A stretch of DNA of 64,000 nucleotides from contig NC_043002.1 in NCBI RefSeq assembly GCF_006345805.1, forward strand, positions 87,792,001-87,856,000. Reading direction: 5' to 3'. Positions 1 to 14,323 of the stretch are shown piece by piece. A program made the position numbers and the translations under genes. This DNA is from Octopus sinensis. Taxonomy: Eukaryota. The stretch's first letter is position 1, and each line of letters begins with the position of its first letter. The notes under the pieces are model-generated. The model made no database searches. It worked only from the letters and a program-made list of their open reading frames with translations, and had not been told where the DNA came from.

Positions 1-99
1 TATATATATTATATTATATATTATATAATATATATATATATATATATTATATAATATAATTATATATATATAGATATATATATATATATAGATATATAT

Positions 100-365
100 A
101 TATACAAAATGGGACAAGGATGCAAAACATCCAGATAGACAATACAAATAAAACAAGGACGTGTCATTCGGAGTTCTCTTTGCTCTGTCAGTTGCAGATT
201 ATCTTTGCAATTTCGAATGCTCCAATCTGGCCAGCCGCAAGTAAAAACTATGCTAAAAGCATTAGATTCCTTGGAAGAAAACAGCAAATTTACACGAAAA
301 CAAGGACTGAAGAAAACGGAGAATGTTACACAAATACAAATAATAGGACATAAAAACAGGTCTTT
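100..365 (-). repeat. Interspersed repeat related to 19625-19940 (+), both embedded in (TA)n
   Basis: Shared ttcttccaaggaatctaa, ccagattgga, cgaaattg and ttgtccca.tttgta. Confidence 0.6.
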
Positions 366-408
366 CCGCTAAGGACGAATTTAATCAAGCTAGCGTGTGT
401 GAAGTATG

Positions 409-460
<52 letters not shown>

Positions 461-563
461 TATTTTATAATATATATATATATAATATTTATATATATAT
501 ATATATAATATTTATATTATATTATATATATATAATATTTATATTATATATATTTTTAATATA

Positions 564-599
<36 letters not shown>

Positions 600-607
<8 letters not shown>

Positions 608-947
608 AAATCCGTTCTGTCTGTCCTCTAGGATCCGGAGCATCCTCCATCCGATTGCACTCAATTTGATACGTAAGATACCGACGGCATCAAGCGTGTA
701 TAAGTCTTGAAAAAATTACAAAAATATATTCCAGGTGAGAATGAGATAGATAAAGCAGTGGGAAATCATTTTTCTTTGAAATAGAAAAATAATCTTTATT
801 TCTTCTTTTGCTGGTGTCTCACTTAGGTTAAATCAGTGGTTCTCAAAGGGGAGCTATGGGACGGTCGGACAATTGTTTTGAGAAAATTTGGTTTAAATGT
901 TTGACAACTCATCACCGTTCATTGGACGGGTGGGGGCGTTTTTGCTC

Positions 948-950
<3 letters not shown>
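600..950 (+). mobile_element. Helitron-like non-autonomous element; related copy at about 15025-15432
   Basis: Shared block ttccaggtg.gaatg...gataaagc.gtggg, and a 3' hairpin ccgt(c/t)cattggacgg followed by ttgctc in both copies. Confidence 0.55.
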
Positions 951-995
<45 letters not shown>

Positions 996-1676
996 GTATA
1001 TATATATATATATATAGTATTGTATATATATATAGATCTATATATAGTATATATATATTATATATATATATATTATATATATATATATATATGTATATGT
1101 ATATATATAATATATATATGTATATATATATATAGGTATATGTATATTTATATATATGTAATATATATATAATATATATAATGTCTATATAATAATATAT
1201 AATATATGTATATAATATATATATGTATTATATATATATATATATAGATATATATACTATGTATATATATATATATATATATCTATATGTATATATATAT
1301 ATATATATATATAATATGTATGTATATATATATATAATATATAATGTATATATATATATATGTTATATGTATGATATATGTATGTATTAATGTAGTATAT
1401 ATGTATGTATATTATATATATATATATAATGTATATATATATATATGTATATATGTATATATATATATGTATATTAATTATATATGTATGTATATATATA
1501 TATCATATATATGTATATATATAATATGTAATATGTATGTTATATATAGGTATATATATATTATAATATGATATATTAATATAATATTATATTAATATAT
1601 ATATATATATATATGTATATATAAAATATATGTATTATATATATATTATATGTCTATATATATATTTATATATATG

Positions 1677-1714
<38 letters not shown>

Positions 1715-1743
1715 TATGTATATATTATATATATATAATATTT

Positions 1744-1788
<45 letters not shown>

Positions 1789-2681
1789 TATATATTCTAT
1801 TAGATATATATATATATATTGTAGATCTATATATATATATATTATATATATATATATATAGGTATATATATTATATATTATTATATATTCTATATATAGA
1901 TGTTTTGTTATTATATATATATGTAGGTTGTATATATATATGTATGTAATCTATATATGTATGTATGGACTATATATATGTATGTATGTATCGCTAATGT
2001 AGATGTAATATATATATGTATGTATATATATAGTATGTATGTATGTATATATATATTTATGTATGTATATATATATGTATGTAATGTATATATATATATA
2101 TGTATGTATGTATAAGATAATATTATGTATTATAATATGTATGTATGTAGATAATATGTATGTATGTATGTATATATCATATGTATGTATGTATCTATAT
2201 ATGTATGTGTTGTATATATATATAATGTATGTATGTATATATATTTATGTATGTATTTCTCTTATATGTATGTATGTATATATATTATTGTATGTAGTAT
2301 GTATATATATATGTCGTATGTATTTATATATGTATGTTATGTGTATGTATGTAATATGTGCCTATGTATGTATTTATATGTATGTCTAATATGTATGTAT
2401 TTATGTATAGTATCTATGTATGTATATATATGTATGTAGTATATATATAATGTATATATATGTATATATCTAATATATGTATGTATAGATATGTTAATAT
2501 ATATATATTTATGTATATATATGCATATATATATGTATGTAGATATGTATCTATATATATATGTATGTATGTATATATATAGATATATATATAGGTCTGT
2601 ATAATATATGTTATTGTTATATATATATGTATGTATGCATGTATATATATATGTATATAAGTGTGTGTGTGTGTGTGTGTG
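950..2681. repeat. Long degenerate (TA)n/(TATG)n microsatellite field
   Basis: Direct reading. Similar fields at 18720-19620, 20600-21205, 52200-53308 and 53545-54725. Confidence 0.95.
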
Positions 2682-2990
2682 TGGAGGCGCAATGGTCCAG
2701 TAGTTAGGGCAGCGAACTCGCGGTTGTAAGATCGCAGTTTCGATTCCCAAAACGGGCGTTGTGAGTGTTTATTGAGCGAAAACACCTAAAGCTCCATGAG
2801 GCTCCGGCAGGGGGAGGGGCGATCCCTGCTGTATTCTTTCACCACAACTTTCTCTCACTCTTTCTACTGTGAAACCGCTCGCTTAGCCAGTGATGGCGTC
2901 ATTTGAAGGCTAAAACAATGCGAAGCGCATTGTGACCAGCGATGTGTAGCAACATCTGATAGCCTGGTCGGTCACGGTGACCACAGTGAT
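2682..2990 (+). mobile_element. tRNA-derived SINE, family A (tail type 2); other copies 24286-24548 (+), tail-only 45258-45372 (-) and about 5140-5212 (+)
   Basis: Same head and body as the 11032 copy, different 3' half (gaaggctaaaacaatgcg...ggtcggtcacggtga). Confidence 0.82.
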
Positions 2991-3094
2991 ATTATATATA
3001 TATATATTTAAATATATATTACATACATATATATATACATATTTAATATATATCATATATATAATAATATATTACTTATATCTATATTATTATA

Positions 3095-3138
<44 letters not shown>

Positions 3139-3451
3139 TTTCGTTCTATCTATATATATAAATGTATCTGGTGTTGTGTTAAGTCGCGTGGCTTCGTGGT
3201 TCAGAGCATTCGTCTCACAATCGTAAGATCGAGTGTTCAGTTCCCGGCGACGCGTTGTGTCTTTGAGTAAAACACTTTATTTCACGTTGCTGGAGTGGAC
3301 TGAGCTGGCAAAAATTAGTAGTACCTGTATTTCAAGGGGCCGACTTTGTCACACTTTGTGTCACGCTGAACATCCCCGAGTACTACGTTAAGGGTACATG
3401 AGTAACCAGTTCCGTAGATCGAATCAGCTGGGATTCGACGGTGCGCTCGTT

Positions 3452-3483
<32 letters not shown>

Positions 3484-4314
3484 TAAATTTCAATATTGTA
3501 TTTCTGAGTATATGGCCCTTGAATCGCTAAGGATCAAAACGATATGCATTTTCCGATCGAAGTTGGGTGTAGAAGATTCGTTTGACAGTGTGTGGCGATT
3601 GTTGTTGTTGTGAGGCCTAACTCATGATAAAGTGAATATCACCGTCAATGACAGCCAAACTACAGTGGAGTAGGCAAACCGCTGGATTTGGTTAAAAGAT
3701 TCGATGAGCAATGGCTAGAAGTATATAGCACGAAACCTCGTAACCAGTTCATCTAACAAGCGCAGCCTCATTTCAATGAGGCCTCATCTCACTGGGCGGG
3801 TCCGCAATAATGCAGCTGAAAGACGGTACGCATCTCTCCTGATAGCCCCATTAGCCTTCTAGCATCCGGTATGCGGGTCTTTCAACTGGTAGAACTTGCT
3901 TCTGCAAGCTGTTTGCAAAGAATCTGATAATATTTTCTTACACGTTCCTGCATACTAGAAGTGTGAATGGCATTCTGCTGTGGAATTTTGTTTCCGCAAA
4001 CAAGTTTCTCGCAATGGATATTTTGACTTAAAATATATCAAAATATGAGTAAATATTACGATAAAGTAAAAAGGAATCAATAAATTATTCGATGTAACAC
4101 ACTTAGTATATTTGTTTTTCATTGTAATCTCGGAATTTAGTCAGATGTTGGTAATTTCATATACAAACGTCGCACCCAAATATTTTTCATTTGACGAGAG
4201 TCAGATGCAAAATCGTGGATACACATGGTTTATATATATGGATGGATGGATTTATATGTTTATATGTCTAAATATATGTGTGTCTGTCTGTGTATCTGTG
4301 AGTGTATATATATA

Positions 4315-4706
4315 TCTTTATATATAAAACTGTAGTTGTGTGAGTGTCTGTCCCCTTCGATTTAGATTCCTAACTACTCCCACATTTTGCGGTGCAGTTT
4401 AACCAAAAGCGGGTATCTTATAGTCGTGATTCATATCGAGCTCTTCTGGGTATTGGCGCGCGTCTACGATGAGTCTACGATTTTAAAAAAATTACCATCA
4501 ATTTTTCCCATTTTAATGCATTTTTGGCATATATAAGGGAAGTAACTCTCTAAAAATTTATTAAATCTCAGAGCGTAAAAAGCTACAGTAACACACCCCC
4601 CTTTGTGGTTAGCCATATTGAGATGGCTATTATACTTTACATCTCTAAAAATGCTTATATAGTTATTTCCCTTACAAACCCGAGCAACGCCGGGCGATAC
4701 TGCTAG
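4315..4706 (+). mobile_element. Non-autonomous Helitron-like element
   Basis: Starts TC, ends CTAG, subterminal hairpin CCCG-agcaacgc-CGGG (4679-4694), inserted between A and T. Confidence 0.75.
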
Positions 4707-5782
4707 TATATATTATATATTATATTATATATATATATTATAAATATATATATATAGAGAGAGAGAGGGGGGAAGAGAGAGATTCATGCTTGATTGTATG
4801 TTTAGAAGATTGTTTCTTAATGATATGTTTCCGGGTTCAGTCCAAATGTAAGGCAGCTGGCATCTTGGGAAAATCTCTTCTACACCAGCCTCGACCGACC
4901 AAAGCCTTATGAGTGGATTTGGTAGATGAAAGCTGATAGATAATTTGTGTGTGTGTGTGTGTGTGTTGGTGCCTGTGTTTGTCAAATAACACCGCTTGAT
5001 AACTGGTGCTCTTAAATATACTTCCTTGTAACCTAGCAGTTCGGCAAAAGGGTACTCATAGAATAAGAAAAAAACGAATCTTGGAATCGATTCATTCGAC
5101 TAACAATTCGTCAAGATATCGAGATGGCATCTTTCTAAACGATGCAAGGCGCATTGTAACCAATGATGTATAACAACATCCGGTAGTCAAGTCGATCACT
5201 TGATCACGTGATATGTATATATATATGTCTTTATTGCCCACAAGGGGCTAAATATAGAGGGGACAAACAAGGACAGACAAAGGGATTAAGTCGATTACAT
5301 CGACCCAGTGCGAAACTGGTACTTTATTTATCGACCCCGAGAGGATGAAAGGCAAAGTCGACCTAGGCAGAATTTGAACTCAGAACGTAACGACAGACGA
5401 AATACCGGTAAGCATTTCGCCCGGGGCGCTAACGTTTCTGCCAGCTCGCCGCCTTACGTGATATGTATATATGTAGGTAGGTATGTGTATGTACGTGTTT
5501 GTTTGTGTGTGTGTGTTTGTGGGTGTATATATATATATATAGTTAGGCAGGTGTGTGTTTATGTTGCACACTCTAAACTACATAAGCTTTACGCGTAAAG
5601 CTTTGTCTCTGTGTGTGTCTGCGCGCGCACGCGTGTAAAGTTATATGCACTCGTTTATACACACCACTTACAAAAAAATCCTATGTGAGAGAAGCGTGTA
5701 GGATTTTGCATGAATGCAATAAAAGAAATTTATGTATTTATGTAGTTCTCATGTTTTGCTGGCATGTGTCTATAATTCAGGC

Positions 5783-6190
5783 TCTCTCTCTCTTTTACTC
5801 TTTTACTTGTTTCAGTCATTTGACTGCGGCCATGCTGGAGCACCGCCTTTTAGTCGAGCAAATCGACCCCAGGACTAATTCTTTGTAAGCCTAGTACTTA
5901 CTCTATCCGTCTCTTTTGCCGAACCGCTAAGTTACGGGGACGTACACACACCAGCATCGATTGTCAAGCGATGTTGGGAGAACAAACATAGACAGACAAA
6001 CACACACACACATATATACATATATACGACGGGCTTCTTTCAGTTTCCGTCTACCAAATCCACTCACAAGGGTTTGGTCGGCCCGAAGCTATAGTAGAAG
6101 ACACTTGCCCAAGGTGCCAAGCAGTCGAACTGAACCCGGACCCATGTGGTTGGTAAGCAAGCTACTTACCACACAGCCACTCCTGCGCCT
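5783..6190 (-). mobile_element. SINE family C (CORE-like accttgggcaagt, internal TA/TG microsatellite), representative copy
   Basis: Other copies at about 4790-5110(+), 8235-8620(+), 21680-22090(-), 23720-23885(-), 30185-30620(+), 30945-31320(-), 40795-41375(+) and 50490-50650(+). Confidence 0.85.
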
Positions 6191-6641
6191 GTTTGATTAC
6201 GGCTAATTACTCAGAATACTCAGGCTGTTTGATTACGGCTAGTATTTGTCTCACTTCTGAAACTCCTCACTAACTCACTCTTGCACGCGCTAGTTCTTAT
6301 CCAAGGTGAATGTGTGTGTGGCTGTAAGCGCAGCGTATGGTATGTATTACTGCCATATTCATGTCCCGCTGAATTATTACTCCACTAGCTAGTATTGTCT
6401 TTGAAATTTTCTAGCATGCGAGGAAGATAAAAGAAATTATCAGACAACAGTATTTGGGTCAGTATAATTGCCTAAAACTTTAAAAATTTGATATCCAGCA
6501 CATGGCCATAGTGCAATCACTGAAACTAAATGGGACTCGCTGAACATACCGTTAACAAATGTTGGAAAATTTTCCGTACAGCAGTGTTGCTTAATCTTAA
6601 TTTGAATAAGCATTGAGCTTTTATTACAAGCCAGTTATTAT

Positions 6642-7040
6642 ACCTATTTCTTTACTACTCACTAGCGGCTAAACACAGAAGGGATAAACAAGGACAGACA
6701 AACGGATTAAGTCGATTATATCGACCCCAGTGCGTAACTGATACTTATTTAATTGTCCCCGAAAGGATGAAAAGCAAAGTCGAGTTCGGCGGAATTTGAA
6801 CTCAGAACGTAGCGGCAGACGAAATACCTATTTCTTTACGACCTACAAGGGGCTAAACACAGAGAGGACAAACAAGGACAGACAAACGAATTAAGTCGAT
6901 TATATCGACACCAGTGCGTAACTGGTACTTAATTTATCGACCCCTAAAGGATGAAGGGCAAAGTCGACCTCGGCGGAATTTGAACTCAGAATGCAGCATT
7001 TCGCCCAGCGTGCTAACGTTTCTGCCACCTCGCCGCCTTA
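6642..7040 (-). mobile_element. Head-to-tail tandem of SINE family B
   Basis: Two consecutive copies, each starting (+ strand) atacctatttcttta. Confidence 0.8.
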
Positions 7041-10000
7041 ATAAGCCAATTATTATACCTCATGTGGGTGAGGACCGTAAGATAAGAGCTCAGTAAGCCG
7101 AAGCCGTAATATATGTTTATAGTTTATAGTTAATGCCATTGTCGCTATTTCATGTAATTAAAAGAAAAATTATTTTACATTGCAATTATTTTACATGTCC
7201 AACGGGTAAATCACTGATTTACTGCTCTGCCAACGGCATGAATGATAAGAGACTTTCTGTAACTCGATGCAGGTAACTCACTACAAAGTCTGCGCGAAAG
7301 GTATTTGTAAACATATTGGGACCTAAATCAAAGCAATTTGGTGGAGAAAATGGACTTGTTAACCATACCTGTTAACCTTAAGTATTTTTCTTTCTTTTTT
7401 TCCACCCTGTCATGTTACACTTGCCATGGTTTGTCGATAAAAGATGGTTGTAATTCAGTTTTGATCAGTATAATCTCTTATATGTAACCAATAAGATTTA
7501 AGAAACTTATGAACACTGCAAATTTCAGTTGACACTCTTAAAATTGTTTTTCGTAATACTTCGTAAGTTATGTAATAATTACGATATACATTGATACAGT
7601 GCTCCAATCCCAGAGAAGCGATTCGATTTTGTTCCTCACTGGAGTAATAACTTAAAATTCTCTAATACTATCTGAAAAAGAACGGAAGTTAGAATTTGCA
7701 TTTTCACTGCAAAATTTTTAAATCAATGTTTTTTCTCTAATTTGCACACTTTTAAGCTTGTATCAACCATAATTTTAAAAACTGAGCAAAATTGGAAAAT
7801 ATTATTGTAAATTTTTATCTCTTCTATTACAAATATACTGTTCGACATTTGTTGGTGTAAACGTTCAGAGCTTCTGAAACATAGAAAACGTTGCCAGTAG
7901 TTATAAATACTATAGTTTTTAGATTTAAAGATCCCTTTACAAACCAACTTTTACAAAACTTCTTCCCAGAACTGTAATTAAGATTTATTCAAACAATACT
8001 AAATAAACCTTTAACCTGATGATTCTCTCACCATAATTTCGGTCCCGTTGGATTTTGAGAATTTCATATCGATCATTATTTTGCAATGTGAGACACCTCT
8101 TTCTCTTCAACGGTACTACATAAACATTCAGTAGCGTAACTAATTACAATTAGATTGAATCATAAACATAAAAATAGAATACACCTTTATATTCTGCATC
8201 ATTTGACTACAATTACTTTTTTAAAAATCCTTAAAGGTGCAGGTGTGGCTGTGTGGTAAGAATTTTACTTCCCAACTACATGGCTCCTGATTCAGTTCCA
8301 CTTCGTAGCACCTTGGGAAAGTGTCTTTTACATAGCCACGGGTCAACCAAAGCCTTATGAGTGAATTTGGTAGACAGAAACTGAAAGAAGCCCGTCGTAT
8401 ATATATATGTGTGTGTGCATGTGTGAGTGTCTTTGGTGTCTGTGTTTGTCCCCCCACCACCGCTTGACAATTGTAGCTTAGCGTTTCGTCGAAAGAGCCA
8501 GATAGGATAAGTACCAGGTTTAAAAGAGATAAGTACTCGGTCGAATTGTTTGATTAGAATTCTTAAAAGTAGTGCCTCAGAATGGTCGCAGTCTAATGAC
8601 TGCAGAAATAAAAGATAAAAGATATCTTTATGCAGCACTCACGGAAAACTCTAAGACATTACACATTACTGTTTTCAAATACAAGTATATAAATAAAGGT
8701 TTTTAACTAATCATTATAACAAAAGTTTTGATTAGACTGTTCAAAGTTAACAGATGATAGGCATGTTCAGACATGCTTGTATATTTTATACGACAATCAA
8801 GACAACCCTCTTATGAATAACGTTGTAGATGTTACTTACAATTCTTATGTGTAGCATCTTATGGACATTTTAAGGCATTTTCTTGTGATGCGATACATAT
8901 TTTCTATACATTTTTCTCAAGAACAATATTGGAAGTTTACATCAATATTTTGGCCTGAAGGTATTTCTCTTGTTCATGATATATTCAATAACTAGTTCTT
9001 GATCTTATCAAAGACGAACTTCAAAGTATAAAAGGATTTACCGGCATTTTGGACAGAATAAAATAATTCTCTAATCTGTGTCGGCATCATTACCTAACTT
9101 GCTTATCATGATTCTTCAATATGCAATACAATATTTCACCTCAGGTGGTTTACTAAGAAGCTTATCTGAAAAGCATCAGAGAAGTTAAGTTTCAATGCCG
9201 ACTGTATAAAACAGAAAAGTTGAACAAACTATCCAGCACTACTTCAAGTTCGGTGCAGTCTATACTTTCCTGGGACTGTTTGATAATACTAAAACATGCC
9301 TGGAATTGCCTCCTGTATTTACTGGTATAATTAAATTAGTATTAATCATTAACTGATGATGGTTTTTCTTCAACGCATAATTTGTTTTCTAATTAAAGTC
9401 CAAATGTTCATTATATTAAATATCTTAACACTAACTTGATTATAGTTTCGTGCAGATGGTGTCACTGAGTAAATTCTTCTCCGAGTGATTAACACTTAAT
9501 TCATTAAAGAAACAGACAGGTACTCACTAGTTGGCAAACTTCACTGTGTGTGCCAAAGTTAAACTCACTCTCCATTGCATGCATCCTTCAATTTTCTGGG
9601 GCACAAAAAATGTATCAATATAAGGCAAACAAATGTATCACTATAAGGCAATGAACTGGTAGAAACGTTAGAGCGACAGGGGAAACGCTTTGAGGTTCCA
9701 GCTCTTTGCGTTCTTAGTTCAAATTCCGCTGCGGCATACATACATTTTGCTGCTGTCATATTGCCCAGTTTAACACCAACACCCAACATTTTCGATGACA
9801 TTAGTAGAGTCCACTCTGTTTCGAGCATTCGTACAAGGTTTGCAGTTTATAGATACTGTTCTCTCTCTTTCCCACCAGTCATCGGCTCTGTAAAGTGTCA
9901 TAGCCGTTGTCCTTGTCCCTTTCCTAAAAGTTTAAAAAATGATTATATTCCTCTCAATAACTTTCTCACGGGAGTGAAATTCTTCATTTGCAACCTCCAA

Positions 10001-10499
10001 ATTTTACTACTAAATAACAGTTTGTCCAAATCTTGCCTACTTTAAATACAGTCTTTTCTTATAGACGATTCTTCACTCAAGTATGATAGCTAACTTAAGT
10101 GCTTCAGGATGAAGTTCTCTCCAGAAAAAAATTTACTCTCTATATACATGCAACTGATAGCTTATCGTTGTCTTATTTCTACAATTTACTATTATAAATT
10201 TCATATACATATTTTTTTTTTATGTTCACGAATACTCTTGTAATTTTGATATTTTGTCGCCATTTTGAGGAGTCATGCGTTATTTATTTTCGCTTCCCTG
10301 TTCCTTGATACAATTTGAAAATGGCAGACACTTTATAGCCTAATTATCTAAATTGGTGTGTCTCGTCCTTTTATGACTAGTAAATCGTTGTTTGTAGAAA
10401 TGGGTTAAATACAATGAATTATGTTAGAAATGCATGAGCAACATTCCAACCGTATATTCTACACAACCAATGATGCCGCACGGTCGGTACTAGTTACTA

Positions 10500-10735
10500 A
10501 AGGCGGCTAGCTGGCAGAAACGTTAGCACGCCGGACGAAATGCTTAGCGGTATTTCGTCTGTCGTTACGTTGTGAGTTCAAATTCCGCCGAGGTCGACTT
10601 TGCCTTTCATCCTTTCGGGGTCGATTAAATAAGTACCAGTTACGCACTAGGGTCGATGTAATCGACTTAATCCGTTTGTCTGTCCTTGTTTGTCCCCTCT
10701 GTGTTTGTCCCCTTGTGGGTAGTAAAGAAATAGGT
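10500..10735 (+). mobile_element. SINE family B, representative copy
   Basis: ggcgg..agctggcagaaacgttagcacg...gagttcaaattccgccgaggtcgactttgcctttcatcctttcggggtcga. Other copies at about 5226-5456(-), 6642-7040(-, tandem), 14657-14870(-), 39322-39850(+, cluster), 47330-47557(-), 48406-48620(+) and 58540-59260(-, cluster). Confidence 0.88.
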
Positions 10736-11031
10736 ACTAGTTACTATAGTTTTTTTATTTAATATGTAGTCCCAAATCCCTGTAATAATAATACTTTCAT
10801 TGAAAACATTCAATTTGATTAGGTTTAGTTACGATGGAATTCTTTGTTGATATGTTTCACCTTATAAAGCAACAACCATTATGTTCAGATTTGTGTTTGT
10901 GACAATTCTTTTTCTTCTACATATTATCCTCCCTATACAGAATACATTGTACATATTTCTCCTTGGAATTAAATGTGGTTTCTTTGAGCAAACCGAAATT
11001 AAGATTTAATTTTAGCGCCATAGGGGTGGTG

Positions 11032-11332
11032 TGGAGGCACATGGCCTAGTGGTTAGAGCAGCGGACTCGCGGTCGAGGGATCCCCGGTTCGAATCTCAGA
11101 CCGGGCGATGTGTATGTTTATGAGCGAAACACCTAAGCTCCATGCAGATCCGGCAGAAGGTAATGGCGAACTTCTGCTGACTCTTTCTCCACAACTTTCT
11201 CTCACTCTTTCCTCCTGCATCTTGCAGCTCACTTGCGACGGACTGGCGTCCCGTCCAAGTGGGGAACCTATACGCCAAGAAACCGGGAAACCGGCCCTTA
11301 TGAGCCAGGCATGGCTCGAGAAGGAACAAACA
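11032..11332 (+). mobile_element. tRNA-derived SINE, family A (tail type 1)
   Basis: A box TGGCCTAGTGG, B box GGTTCGAATC; TSD ataggggtgg(t/g)gtg; close copy at 46588-46889. Confidence 0.88.
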
Positions 11333-11471
11333 ATAGGGGTGGGGTGCATGAATGAAAATTACAGCGAAAAAGTACTGATACTGGATGAGCGGATGATAGA
11401 AAAATATTTTTTTAGATTTATACAACGAAAGCAAATTCTACATAATTCTCTGTTTTGTCGTTTCAGATTCA

Positions 11472-11891
11472 ATGTGGAATGTATTAGAATCTAAAGGACC
11501 CCCTGGTGGTGGGGGTAACCAAACAACAGAAATACTTACAATTACCACCGACAGTTCAATTACACCAGCTACTCTGGGCCCTTCGCTGTCACCACGTATT
11601 GAAAGAGTACTCACAGCCATCTTTCTCACGTTGTTTTCACTGCTCTTTACAGCGGTATGCGTACAATTGATAATGATAATATGGTACAAACACAAGCGAT
11701 GCAGTTATCAGTCGGTTCTGCTACTAATTGTTCTTACCTGGGCTACTTTAAGGATAGTACTCTTCTCAATGTACTTTTCTGAAATTTACCTAGCAAATCA
11801 TCTGCCGATTTTCGTCTCTTGGTTATTGTATTGTTTTCCTATATGTCTACAATTTTTCACGCTCTGTCTAATCACATCCTTTTTCACATCA
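11472..11891 (+). CDS. GPR137: GPR137/TM7SF1-family integral membrane protein, coding exon 1 (140 codons)
   Basis: ORF MWNVLESK...HKRCSYQSVLLLIVLTWATLRIVLFSMYF...WLLYCFPICLQFFTLCL matches GPR137-family motifs (HKRxSYQ, WxxLRxxLFSxYF, WLLYCFPxCLQFFTL). Acceptor tttcag ends at 11466, which implies an upstream 5'UTR exon. Donor GTAAGT at 11892, phase 0. Confidence 0.93.
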
Positions 11892-11906
11892 GTAAGTCAT
11901 ACCTTT

Positions 11907-11973
11907 ATTATTATTATTATTATTATTATCATTATTATTATTATTATTGATATTATTGTTGTTCTTGTTGTTA

Positions 11974-12016
<43 letters not shown>

Positions 12017-12084
12017 CATTATTATTATTATCATTATTATTGTTGTTGTTGTTATCATTATTATTATTATCATTATTATTATTA

Positions 12085-12131
<47 letters not shown>

Positions 12132-12330
12132 ATTGTTGTTATTGTAATCATTATTATATTATTATTATTAATATTGTTGTTATTGTAATCATTATTATTA
12201 TTATTATTATTATTAATATTGTTGTTATTGTAATCATTATTATTATTATTATTATTATTAATATTGTTGTTGTTGTTATCATTATTATTATTGATATTAT
12301 TATTATTATTGCTGTTATTGCTGTTTTTTA
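11907..12330 (+). repeat. (ATT)n/(GTT)n trinucleotide microsatellite at the start of intron 1
   Basis: Direct reading. Confidence 0.95.
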
Positions 12331-12624
12331 TGTTATTTTCAGCAAATTTATGTCAGCCTCTGTTGCACTACCAGATACACCTCCGTATTTCTACTAAGTG
12401 TTTCAGTGTTGTGTATAATGTGTCATACAGCATTGGAATGTAACTGTGTATGTTTTTAGATTTGTCTTATTGTACTGGATTGTAATTTTGCATACGTTGC
12501 GTTGTGTTGGACAGGACAACTCAACTGTACCTTCAGCATTCCAACATCATTTAATCGAATTCTGGACAAATATACCCATGAAACGTGAATGTATTTTAAA
12601 TAAACATTATATATACATATATAT

Positions 12625-12660
<36 letters not shown>

Positions 12661-14247
12661 ACGAGAGAGAGGGAGAGAGTAATCAAATAACATCAAGAGA
12701 TATTAACTCCTAGCGAGTAATCTGCTGATTACCTAAACTTTCCACCCACCTGCCCACCCATTTTTATGAACCTTAAAGCACTTGATAAACAAATTTCTAT
12801 ACTAGACTTTCCGTATCCTAAAGCTGACTCATCTAAATAAACACACCTAATCAGAAAATCTTAGATGCTTGACTAAACTCCAAACTATAGCTCCCACTTT
12901 CCCAAAACAAACATGTTAAACCTCCTAAATTACACCAATAAGTAAAGAATTCTGCTGACCAACTAACTTTCCCACCAACTTATATTCCTTCGTGAACCGA
13001 ACCTTTACTTTGGGATCCGCACTTTTGAACGCATTTGCGATAATACATTTGGTATTTAACTCATAAAGGGGACTTTAGTGTTAAGGTATCACAACCACCG
13101 AATTTTTTTACCAAGACAAATTCCTAGCTGTCGGTCAAAGCTGAAGGAACCATCCTCCTTTTGTGGTAGACCTAACCTCGAAATGGCGACTTCTGTTGTT
13201 TTTCGTCCCGGGGTACGCATCATCATTGCTATCATGGACTGGTAACAATGTCTTCAGCCGCAATACTAATAAAGAAATACTATTTGGATGGCCGTTGTCT
13301 TTCCTAAGTTTATCTGTCATTTGCCAGGTTTTGTTTTTCGTCTTGCAGTGCGTTCAAATAGAAAGAAAAATACCGTTGTCATAGAGCATGATTTGTGGAG
13401 TTACCGACGAAGCCTTAGACAGCCCGACTTCTGTGGATATTGATATGACATCATTAATCACTCTGTTGCGATTTCTCACTTCCTATCATAGTAGAGATGC
13501 GAATATAACGTACTGGGAGTGATGAAGCATGAGAGAAAAAAAGAAGTATGGGATTTTCTCGAGCGACTCATACTCCGTTACAGCGGCATGATGAAGTGGG
13601 TAGGCTGGATGAGCGGATCAACAAAACAGCAAAACAACAATATATCCACAGCATTATCATCATCATCATCATCCTCATTAGAAGCGACCACTTAAATAGA
13701 ATAAAAAGATCTCGGTTAAATGTTTACAGGGGGAAAATATTGCAAAAGCTTAACTTTTAAAAACTGAGATCAGCTTTGCCTTTCGGAGTCGATCAAAGAA
13801 AATATCTGTTAGGTACTGGCATCGATGTACTCCATTAAAGTGACTTGTTTCAAAATTACCTTGAATTAGAAACGATTACTTTTATTAAAAATTTCTATTG
13901 GATGTACTCTATTGCAACTGATTTTTTGGAAAAGAATTTGATACTTATATGTGTATGTATTGTTATGCATAGATAAATGTCCATTTCACATTGGCCAGTT
14001 AGGTAGGAAGAAACCTGGTACTTAGCTTAGAGAATAAATGAATTCAACCTAATAATTTTTAAATGAGATGATGATGTAATTAATTTTGTTCACATAAGAC
14101 AACTCGAATTAATTACAAAAAATACTGATTAAGTAAAACTTTGTTTCCTATTGGGAAGCATATTTGACAAACTGCTCAAGCATGGATGCTAAAGGGATAT
14201 AATTTCTTTTCAAGTCTCTGAGGAAGATTGCCTTGTGATTTCATGAT

Positions 14248-14323
<76 letters not shown>

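Noticed and set aside
11032-11105. tRNA gene (also 46588 and 2682)
   Set aside because: The tRNA-like head continues into a SINE body with TSDs, so it is not a standalone tRNA.
11892-12188. Poly-Ile extension of ORF 11472..12188
   Set aside because: It is the intronic (ATT)n microsatellite read past the GTAAGT donor at 11892.
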